From: a bacterium
GTDB lineage: Bacteria > Babelota > Babeliae > Babelales > JAUWHS01
Assembly: GCA_043818275.1 (NCBI GenBank)
Contig: JBDRFY010000076.1
Location: 1 to 11,667, forward strand
Direction: 5' to 3'
DNA length: 11,667 nucleotides
Positions 1 through 6,667 of this stretch are shown here, piece after piece (position 1 is the first letter of the stretch; every line of letters starts with the position of its first letter). The position numbers were made by a program, and so were the translations under genes. A model generated the notes under the pieces. That model was not told the DNA's origin and did not search any database. It was given only the letters and a program-made list of their open reading frames with translations.

Positions 1-33
1 ATGTTTTGTATGTGCCCCTGTCCAATACATCAT
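1..33 (-). CDS. tnpA: 5' end of IS200/IS605 TnpA (Y1 HUH transposase), partial
   Basis: Manual translation gives MMYWTGAHTKH, open to the window edge. It resembles the N-terminus that precedes the YHxVWxPKYR motif of IS200/IS605 TnpA and lies about 50 nt inside the hairpin. Only 11 codons are visible. Confidence 0.6.
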   Translation of the reverse strand, partial: MMYWTGAHTKH

Positions 34-135
34 AGCTGCAATATACTAAAATATCTCGAAGCTAACAAATTGGGTTTATTCAGATGAGCTTTCATCCCCA
101 GGCTTTAAAGCCATGGGGTTTTCAGCTCATGTTAA
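1..135 (-). mobile_element. Left end of an IS200/IS605-family element (runs off the window), inserted into the ankyrin gene
   Basis: Minus strand reads TTATTTAACATGAGCTGAAAACCCCATGGCTTTAAAGCCTGGGGATGAAAGCTCAT. This is an imperfect GC-rich hairpin (96..118, one bulged base) inside an outer ATGAGCT/AGCTCAT stem (84..90 / 124..130), typical of IS200/IS605 subterminal hairpins. It is preceded by candidate target motifs TTAT or TTTAA and followed by a TnpA-like start. Exact junction uncertain (about 131-135). Confidence 0.75.
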
Positions 136-847
136 ATAAAAATGTTTCGGGATGAAAAGATAAAGTCGCCCAATGTAAAATAGTCAAGTCCAAAACATCA
201 TCTTTAAAATTTAGAATAGCTTCAACAAGAATTTTTTTTGCATTATCTTCAACTTTAGCAACATCATCAACACCTGCATTATTACAAATCTCCTTGTCTA
301 AAGTTTTTTGAATTATTTTTAGATCTCCGGTTAAAACAGCCCAATGTAATTTTGTCCCTGTTTCTTGTTGAGAAAAATCATTTTTAATCGAATTATTAAG
401 ATTGTTAATTAAAGGTTGTAAAACGTCTTTTTGATGTTGTGTTAAACATTTACGAAAGCTATCTATATCCAAATCATTATACGTAAACAACCCGAGAAAA
501 GAACTTATTCTTACATAATTTATATCTAAATTATTCAATAAATTAAAAGATTCTTTTTTTTTACAAAATTTGGAAATATTTTTTGAATCAATATTTAAAA
601 ATGGCAATTTAACATTTATTTTGGCTTTAAAATTAAATACTAATTCGAGTATTACATTTAACCAATTTTGCCCTGCCGCATAGTGCAATGGAAATGGAAA
701 TATTTTTGCTTTTTCATAATTTTTAACATCCTGCTCATTTTTAAGAAATAAATACAAACCCTTTGTATTCAAACTCAAATCTTCTTGACCTGCCACCGTT
801 TGCAATAAAGAAAGAGAAAATAAAAAAAACAATAAATACTTTCTCAT
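122..847 (-). pseudogene. Secreted ankyrin-repeat protein, probably C-terminally truncated by IS insertion
   Basis: Signal peptide MRKYLLFFLFSLSLLQTVAG. Ankyrin-like motifs PLHYAAGQNWLNVILELV, TKLHWAVLTGDLKIIQKTL and TILHWATLSFHPETFLF. The last repeat stops mid-helix and the final codons (NMS-stop) lie in the IS-end hairpin. SD AGGAG upstream. Confidence 0.7.
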
Positions 848-887
848 AAGAAACTCCTACATCTAAAATGGATTATAAAAACTTCAA

Positions 888-908
888 TAGACCTCTTCTG
901 AAACTATA
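888..908. repeat. IS5 terminal inverted repeat (downstream end)
   Basis: TAGACCTCTTCTGAAACTATA, exact reverse complement of 1773..1793. Confidence 0.95.
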
Positions 909-1792
909 GTAGCTCATAATTATAAATTCCCGAAATAAGGTTAAACCTTAATCCAAAACGTTTTCTACGGTTGCGATATTTATCTGAAATAATCTTAAAT
1001 CGTTTGATATTTCCAATAACATGTTCATTTAAAACCCTTTTTCTGGATAACTCACGGTTGTATTGTTTATCTTCAGATGTCAACGGCTTAAGTTTGCTTT
1101 TTTTCCTTGGCACTGATGTATTAAGGTGAATCTTTTGCATGCCTATATATCCTGTGTCAGTCATTGCATTGACATGTTCTGCAATTTTAGTTTTGGACTT
1201 TTCAAAGAGTTTAAAATCATGTTTTTTTCCATTACATGTATCCGTGCAAATTATTTTTTTACTACTTTTATCAACAACGACTTGTGTTTTTATAGTGTGT
1301 CGCTTTTTTTTCCCGGAGTAGTAGAGATGTTGTTTTTTTTGGGCCTTTCAATAGGGATTTCGGTTGCATCAATCAAAATAACTTCATATTCAGTATCGCT
1401 CTTGGATAATTCTTTTTTACCGGGTAGATTAAATTCTTCACATTTAATTAATGTATCTTCAATCCAACGAATATTTTCAAAAGTGTTGCTTTCGCTTAAA
1501 CCATAAGAAGCAGCAATATGCGCATACGTTCTATATTCACGCAAGTATTCTAAAGTCATTAAAATCCTGTCTTCGATAGTTAGACTGTTTGGGCGCCCAC
1601 CTTTAGCTTTTTTAATTGCGTCTGCAGTGGTTATAATTTCAACCATCTTATTAAAAGTTGTACGCTTTGCGCCAGTTATTCTGCGAAACTTGCTTTCATT
1701 GAAATCTTTTATTTTTTCAAACTTCACAACAAAACTCCTTTCAAAATTTTGTTGTAACCTTACCAAATATTTTATAGTTTCAGAAGAGGTCT
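889..1792 (-). mobile_element. IS5-family insertion sequence (ISL2/IS1381-like), about 0.9 kb, complete
   Basis: Perfect 21-bp inverted repeat TAGACCTCTTCTGAAACTATA at 888..908 and 1773..1793. Ends at 889/1792 give a 3-bp AAT target duplication (886..888, 1793..1795); ends at 890/1791 give a TA duplication. Encloses a split DDE transposase. Confidence 0.95.
904..1727 (-). CDS. IS5-family DDE transposase in two frames joined by a -1 shift at an A8 run (about 274 aa fused)
   Basis: OrfA: likely GTG start at 1727 after AAGGAG, HTH region, and LIDATE (D1). At CCC-A8-CAACAT (1333..1340) the -1 frame continues QHLYYSGKKKRHTIKTQVVVDK...GKKHDFKLF...MTDTGY (D2)...RVLNEHVIGNIKRF (E). The stop TAG lies inside the IR. 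Confidence 0.92.
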
Positions 1793-1793
1793 A
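1773..1793. repeat. IS5 terminal inverted repeat (upstream end)
   Basis: TATAGTTTCAGAAGAGGTCTA, exact reverse complement of 888..908. Confidence 0.95.
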
Positions 1794-1810
1794 ATATTAT
1801 AAACATATAT

Positions 1811-3355
1811 TTAACTTTTTACACTATCCAATTTTTGATCCAATGATCGATACATAATTGCTTCTCGAATGTGTGATTTATCAATCAATTCGCTGCCATC
1901 TAAATCCGCGATTGTTCGGGAAATTTTTAAAATCTTGTGATACCCGCGCATACTTAAGCCAAGTTTATCAAATGCTTTTTTGACAATCTCTTTTGCATCA
2001 TCAGTTAACACACAATATTTTTCAACATCTTGTGCAACCATATTTGCATTACTTAAATTATTATTTCCAAACCTTTTTTGCTGGACCTCAACAGCACGTT
2101 CAACATTGGTAAACATACTAGCAGAACTTTTTGATTCTATTTTTTTATCTTCAATTTCATCATAATTAATCGAATTTACCGCAACATGCAAATCAATTCG
2201 ATCAAGAAGTGGACCGGATAATTTTCCCAAATAATTTGAAATCATTTTATCTGAACATGTACATTTCTTTTTTTTATCGCCAAAAAATCCACACGGACAT
2301 GGATTGAGTGCAGCAACTAATAAAAATGAAGCTGGATAGCTTACCGCAAAATTTGCGCGTGAAATTAAAACACTTTTTCCTTCAAGCGGTTGACGCAAAA
2401 CTTCCAGTGTTGATCTTTTAAATTCAGTTAATTCATCTAAAAATAAAACACCGTTATGCGCAAGACTAATTTCTCCGGGTTTTGGATTTGAACCTCCGCC
2501 AACCAAACCTGCCTGAGAAATTGTGTGATGAGGGCTGCGAAATGGTCTGTGCAAAACCAAAGATTTTTCATCTAATAATCCGGCAATCGAATAAATTTTT
2601 GTAGTTTCAATTACTTCATCAAAATTTTTTGGCGGTAAAATTGTTGCAAACCTTTTTGCAAGCATCGTTTTTCCAGAACCGGGAGGACCAATAAAAAGAA
2701 TGTTATGTTTTCCGGCAGCAGCAATTTGCAATGCACGTTTTGCCTGCAACTGACCCTTTACCTGATTAAAATCTAATGGATGATTTTTTATTTTTAGTTG
2801 GAATGAATCAAAAGTTGATGGAGTCGGTTGAATAATTTTTTCTCCACGTAAATATTCAACAAGCTCAACCAAACTATCAACACCAATTATTTCAATGCCC
2901 TTAATTAAACTTGCCTCTAACGTATTTTTACGTGGAATAATTACGCGTTTTTTACCCATTTTACTTGCACCATGAACAATGGATAAAACTCCACGAACCG
3001 GTCGGACAGAACCATCAAGTGAAAGTTCGCCTAAAAATAAAGTTTCTTCGATAAATTGTTTTGAAATATCTAAAAGTTTTGCCGCTTGCAAAATTGCAAC
3101 CGAAATTGGAAGATCAAATAATGTATCCGCTTTTTTTAAATTTGCTGGAGCAAGATTTACTGTAATTAAACGTTCAGGAACTTTCAATCCACTATTTTTT
3201 AACGCGGCGCGAATTCGCTCTTTGCTTTCCTGAATCGCTTTGTCACCTAAACCAACAATTAAAAATTTTATTAAACCAAAAGAAAGATCTACTTCAACCT
3301 GAACTTGATGTGCATTGATTCCAACGGTAGTTGCTGAATAAACTTTTGCATGCAT
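1811..3355 (-). CDS. comM: YifB/ComM Mg-chelatase-like AAA+ ATPase (competence branch-migration helicase)
   Basis: N-terminal IVGLGDKAIQESKERIRAA and ITVNLAPA; Walker A GPPGSGKT; RPFRSPHH; PGEISLAHNGVLFLDE (Walker B); NPCPCG...CTC zinc site; SGPLLDRIDL; LSMRGYHKILKISRTIADL. 514 aa, full length. Confidence 0.95.
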   Translation of the reverse strand: MHAKVYSATTVGINAHQVQVEVDLSFGLIKFLIVGLGDKAIQESKERIRAALKNSGLKVPERLITVNLAPANLKKADTLFDLPISVAILQAAKLLDISKQFIEETLFLGELSLDGSVRPVRGVLSIVHGASKMGKKRVIIPRKNTLEASLIKGIEIIGVDSLVELVEYLRGEKIIQPTPSTFDSFQLKIKNHPLDFNQVKGQLQAKRALQIAAAGKHNILFIGPPGSGKTMLAKRFATILPPKNFDEVIETTKIYSIAGLLDEKSLVLHRPFRSPHHTISQAGLVGGGSNPKPGEISLAHNGVLFLDELTEFKRSTLEVLRQPLEGKSVLISRANFAVSYPASFLLVAALNPCPCGFFGDKKKKCTCSDKMISNYLGKLSGPLLDRIDLHVAVNSINYDEIEDKKIESKSSASMFTNVERAVEVQQKRFGNNNLSNANMVAQDVEKYCVLTDDAKEIVKKAFDKLGLSMRGYHKILKISRTIADLDGSELIDKSHIREAIMYRSLDQKLDSVKS

Positions 3356-3391
3356 TTAACGTATGTCCTATTTTTAATTACATTAACAAAC

Positions 3392-3493
3392 TCTGCCGCC
3401 CCGATGGGGCTAATTTTGTCATTTGATTTGTTTACCACGGGTTTCGCCTAACGGCTACACCCGAGGCTATTAAAAGTCGTCCCTAACGGGACT
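3392..3493 (+). repeat. REP-like arm, left copy (three hairpins)
   Basis: H1 GCCCC-GAT-GGGGC (3398..3410). H2 CCACGGGT...ACCCGAGG with inner GCC-TAAC-GGC. H3 GTCCC-TAAC-GGGAC (3479..3492). Inverted partner of 3694..3793. Confidence 0.9.
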
Positions 3494-3635
3494 GTTATAA
3501 TTTATTTCCACCCCACCGGTTTATATCAACACTCTTTCAAATCATACCTAACGGGACTGTTATAATTTATTTCCACCCCACCGGTTTATATCAACACTCT
3601 TTCAAATCATACCTAACGGAACTGTTATAATTTAT
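3482..3635. repeat. Tandem repeat, 65-bp period, about 2.4 copies
   Basis: Units start at 3482, 3547 and 3612. The 24-bp block CCTAACGG(G/A)ACTGTTATAATTTAT occurs three times, separated by two identical 41-bp segments. Confidence 0.95.
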
Positions 3636-3693
3636 ACAATCACAACTGTAAACCTTCGCATAACTTGCAATTAACAATTTATAACCCGAAGCA

Positions 3694-3793
3694 AGCCCTT
3701 TAGGGCGACTTTTAATAGCCTCGGGTGTAGCCATTAGGCGAAACCCGTGGTAAACAAATTCAATCGTAAAAAAAGCCCCATCGGGGCGACAGA
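3694..3793 (-). repeat. REP-like arm, right copy (inverted)
   Basis: 3706..3759 is the reverse complement of 3426..3479 at 53/54 positions. H1 is identical (3775..3787). H3 variant is GCCCT-AA-AGGGC (3695..3706). Confidence 0.9.
3768..3787 (-). terminator. Probable intrinsic terminator of tnpA, formed by REP hairpin H1
   Basis: Minus strand GCCCC-GAT-GGGGC followed by T7, about 19 nt after the tnpA stop. Confidence 0.55.
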
Positions 3794-3806
3794 TAAATCA
3801 AACATT

Positions 3807-4256
3807 TCAATCAAACAGAAATTTATCTTCGTAACTAATATCATGTCTATCTAATAATTTCTTAAACTCATCTTCAAATGAACAACTTGTGTGATGTAAT
3901 TCCTGATTTGAAATATAATTTTTCACCATATCCAATTTAGATACACTCACAGCAAAAACGCCATAACCACTTTGCCAACCAAAGTTCATATCTGGATAAA
4001 TTTGGTTAATAAATTTTGAAGAATTAGCTTTAACTTTACGCATTAAATCTGTAATTACAGTTTGAGGTAAAGTTTTAATCAAAAGATGTACATGATTTGA
4101 AATACCCCCGATTGACATTAAATAACAATTTTCATCTTTAATTAAAGCGCCAATATAATCATATAATCTTTTTTGAAATGACAAATCAATCAAATCAATT
4201 CTATCTTTGGTTGACCAAATAAAATGAAAATACAAACTTGCATATGTATGTCCCAT
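3807..4256 (-). CDS. tnpA: IS200-type Y1 HUH transposase (solo TnpA, REP-associated candidate)
   Basis: LYFHFIWSTKDR; HUH motif NHVHLL; KANSSKF; WQSGYGVF; catalytic Tyr in YISNQ..HH. SD GAGGGG upstream. No tnpB adjacent. Confidence 0.93.
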   Translation of the reverse strand: MGHTYASLYFHFIWSTKDRIDLIDLSFQKRLYDYIGALIKDENCYLMSIGGISNHVHLLIKTLPQTVITDLMRKVKANSSKFINQIYPDMNFGWQSGYGVFAVSVSKLDMVKNYISNQELHHTSCSFEDEFKKLLDRHDISYEDKFLFD

Positions 4257-4338
4257 AAACCCCTCTAACTAAATGAAGCAATAAATAATGATAAACGTTG
4301 CTATTGTATATCATATTTTAAAAATCTTGCAAATTTAG

Positions 4339-4392
4339 GAAAATACAATACAAACACAGGCAAAAAAATATCTTGAAGATTATAAAACATGA
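4339..4392 (+). pseudogene. Possible C-terminal remnant of an addiction-module killer (RelE/ParE-like) toxin
   Basis: Start-less frame ENTIQTQAKKYLEDYKT-stop ends 10 nt before the antitoxin ATG. AKKYLEDYK resembles the terminal helix of these toxins. Short match only. Confidence 0.4.
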
Positions 4393-4402
4393 AAACAAGA
4401 AA

Positions 4403-4618
4403 ATGACTAAACAAAAAAAAGATAATTTACGAGCAATTGATTACAACGAAAAATTAATTGAATCACTCAAAGATCATAAACATGCTGTTGAATATTTAAA
4501 TGCCGCTCTTGAAGAAAGTTTGAAAGGTGATATTGAATCACAAAAACTTTTACTTGGCGCATTAAAAAATGTTGCTAATGTTGCTGCGGCAATGGGATTT
4601 AATATTCGTTTTCACTAA
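4403..4618 (+). pseudogene. Addiction-module antidote (HI1420-like) antitoxin lacking its HTH
   Basis: N-half LIESLKDHKHAVEYLNAALEE...LLLGALKNVA and C-tail AAMGFNIRF match the family, but the intervening Cro/C1-type HTH is absent. Likely start is ATG 4403 (ORF track starts at 4373). Confidence 0.7.
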
Positions 4619-6336
4619 ACCACAGTCGGCGTTATGAAAATTAAAAGTTGTTCATCTTCAGTTACTTTTCGGTGGCTACCGAATAATAAACCTAAAACCG
4701 GAATACGTTGCAAATATGGAATGCCGCGTTTGTCTGAAACTTTTTGATTTGTAATCAAACCGCCGATTAAAGTTGTTTGCCCACTTTTTAAAAGCACTTT
4801 ATTATTAGATTTAGTTGTCATAATTTGAGAAGTTTTATAATCAAACGATTTAACATCACCATCCAAAATTGATGAATACTCAACATAAATATCCAAAAAC
4901 ACCGATTTAAAATCAGGAGACACAACCGGTTTAACTTTTAATTTCATCCCAAGTTCTTTGTAATTTACAGTTTCCATATTTCGCATTTTGGCTTCGGTAA
5001 AATCGGTAATAATTGTCTGAATCGGCACCTCTTTTCCAACAAGAATTTCCGCCGGTTCATCGCTGTTAACAAGCAGCGTTGGTTTTAGCAATGTTTTAAT
5101 TTCACTTTTATTTTCCGCCGCGTTTAATTTTAAATTTAATCTTCTCTGATCCAAATCTTTATTACCCCAAATAAATGGGAAACTAAAACTTCCTTTTGAT
5201 GCCCATGTTGTTGGAAAAAAGTTTAACGCCCAATTAATTATATTATTTTGCGGGACAGTTCCACCGGTATCCTGATTAACATTGCCAAGTCCAAACCAAT
5301 TCCAGCCTCGCCCAATTGTAGATCTTCTATCGTAAAGACCCGACCAGTCAAAACCAATGCTATCCTCAAAATCTTTTTTGGCTAACACTATACGCGCTTC
5401 TATTTTTACCTGCGCAATTCGTTCATCAATTTCTTTTAAAAATTTTTTAAACGGTTCAACCTGATAAATTTTTCCTCTGAAAAAAACTTTTTTTGTCGCG
5501 TCATCAAAAACTAAATACGCGCCATATTCATCCTTAATTTTTCCAACAAGCCCTATCCACATTTTTTCAATATGCTGTTTTACTTCAGGAGTTAGTTTTG
5601 TATTTTTCAAAACAAAAAATTCCGGTATCAATTCTTTTTGTAGCTGATCGTTTAATCTGCCTTTTAAAATCTGAATCGCGCGGTCAAGTTTTACAATTCT
5701 TAAAACATCAAAATCACGAATTAATGTTAATTGTGGATTATTATTTGAAAGCAAAAAACGTAAAACAATTGCGGCCGACACGTCATTTAAATGAATACCC
5801 GAAACAATTCCCGAAACATCCGGATCGAGAACAAAATTTAATCCTGTTGTTTTTGCGATAAGTTCAATAATTTGCCTGACATCAGATTCTTTAACGTCAA
5901 GAGACATTTTTGTATTAATAAGATTGTCGATATTATATTGTTCATCCAAAATCGGCTGAATTTCTTTTGGAACGTCAACAACAACAAATTCTTTTTTTAT
6001 TCCATCGCCAAAAACAGATAAAACAGAATTTAATTTTTTTTGATTTTTTAAAAGTTCATCAGCAGTTTTTTCCAATTGTTTATCATCAGCATTAACAACT
6101 TTTTGCATGACATCCTTAAATGCCGTAACCTCTTCTTCCTGCTCCTTTTCTTTCTCATCTTTTGCCAAATTTTTTATGAATGGCGGAAAACCGGAAAGAT
6201 CTGGTTCTTCCGTTGGAATGAAAACCTCAGCAGAAATATTTTGAAAAAATAAAAGGAATAAAAATGGGAAAAACTTCATTACTACTCTTAAAAACACACC
6301 CACAACCCTCCTTTCTCCTTTTTCCGCAAATACCAC
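4615..6336 (-). CDS. pilQ: Type IV pilus/competence secretin (PilQ-like; GspD not excluded)
   Basis: N0/STN-like MSLDVKESDVRQIIELIAKTTGLNFVLDPDVSG; secretin core QVKIEARIV, AEILVGKEVP, YKELGMKLKVKPVV, GQTTLIGGLI, GIPYLQRIPVLGLLF, LLIFITPTVV. True start probably GTG 6297 (after AGGAGG) or ATG 6279, followed by a signal peptide. Confidence 0.88.
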   Translation of the reverse strand: MVFAEKGERRVVGVFLRVVMKFFPFLFLLFFQNISAEVFIPTEEPDLSGFPPFIKNLAKDEKEKEQEEEVTAFKDVMQKVVNADDKQLEKTADELLKNQKKLNSVLSVFGDGIKKEFVVVDVPKEIQPILDEQYNIDNLINTKMSLDVKESDVRQIIELIAKTTGLNFVLDPDVSGIVSGIHLNDVSAAIVLRFLLSNNNPQLTLIRDFDVLRIVKLDRAIQILKGRLNDQLQKELIPEFFVLKNTKLTPEVKQHIEKMWIGLVGKIKDEYGAYLVFDDATKKVFFRGKIYQVEPFKKFLKEIDERIAQVKIEARIVLAKKDFEDSIGFDWSGLYDRRSTIGRGWNWFGLGNVNQDTGGTVPQNNIINWALNFFPTTWASKGSFSFPFIWGNKDLDQRRLNLKLNAAENKSEIKTLLKPTLLVNSDEPAEILVGKEVPIQTIITDFTEAKMRNMETVNYKELGMKLKVKPVVSPDFKSVFLDIYVEYSSILDGDVKSFDYKTSQIMTTKSNNKVLLKSGQTTLIGGLITNQKVSDKRGIPYLQRIPVLGLLFGSHRKVTEDEQLLIFITPTVV

Positions 6337-6352
6337 TCTCCCAATTACGTGG

Positions 6353-6667
6353 TTAAGACAGGATTAAAGTTTTACCATTCTCTCTAGTTAGTAAAACTTT
6401 ATCTGTATCTATTTGGGCTACTTTATAACCCCAAATTTTTGTACCTAAAAAAACTAATTCTTTCTCTGAATTTTTAGAAATTATCGCTGATACTTTTCCT
6501 TTTGTTTTAAGCACAGCATTTAAATTAAAAATATTTTTAGCATTCACATTTTGATTAAACGTTTCTTCTTTTTTCGGTTGATGGGGTAGAAAAGGATTTC
6601 GTAAATTTTGAGAAAAAATTGACAGGACAAAAAATGAAATTGATAAACTAAACAATATTATTTTCAT
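6353..6667 (-). CDS. PilP-like pilus alignment protein
   Basis: Hydrophobic N-terminus, LRNPF motif, small beta domain (LNAVL...AII...GTKIWGYKVAQIDTDKVLL). Located between pilO-like and secretin genes. Confidence 0.65.
   Translation of the reverse strand: MKIILFSLSISFFVLSIFSQNLRNPFLPHQPKKEETFNQNVNAKNIFNLNAVLKTKGKVSAIISKNSEKELVFLGTKIWGYKVAQIDTDKVLLTRENGKTLILS

Noticed and set aside
1126..1506. Plus-strand ORFs 1126..1506 and 1139..1321
   Set aside because: Antisense shadows of the IS5 transposase with no recognisable motifs.
904..1766. IS5 transposase as a broken pseudogene
   Set aside because: The frame change is at the family-typical A-run, the DDE triad is intact and the IRs are perfect.
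1980..3233. Plus-strand ORFs 1980..2165 and 2979..3233
   Set aside because: Antisense shadows within comM.
1811..3355. Magnesium chelatase subunit for chlorophyll synthesis
   Set aside because: The Lon-like N-terminal domain and CPCG zinc motif identify YifB/ComM; no tetrapyrrole genes are nearby.
3482..3635. CRISPR array (24-bp repeats, 41-bp spacers)
   Set aside because: The two spacers are identical, the repeat derives from a REP-like hairpin, and no cas genes are in the window. Best explained as a tandem duplication.
3392..3793. tRNA, riboswitch or TnpB omega-RNA
   Set aside because: No cloverleaf or known aptamer motifs recognised and no tnpB/iscB adjacent. The paired inverted layout fits a DNA repeat element better.
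5598..5861. Plus-strand 87-aa ORF
   Set aside because: Lies opposite the secretin gene with no supporting features.
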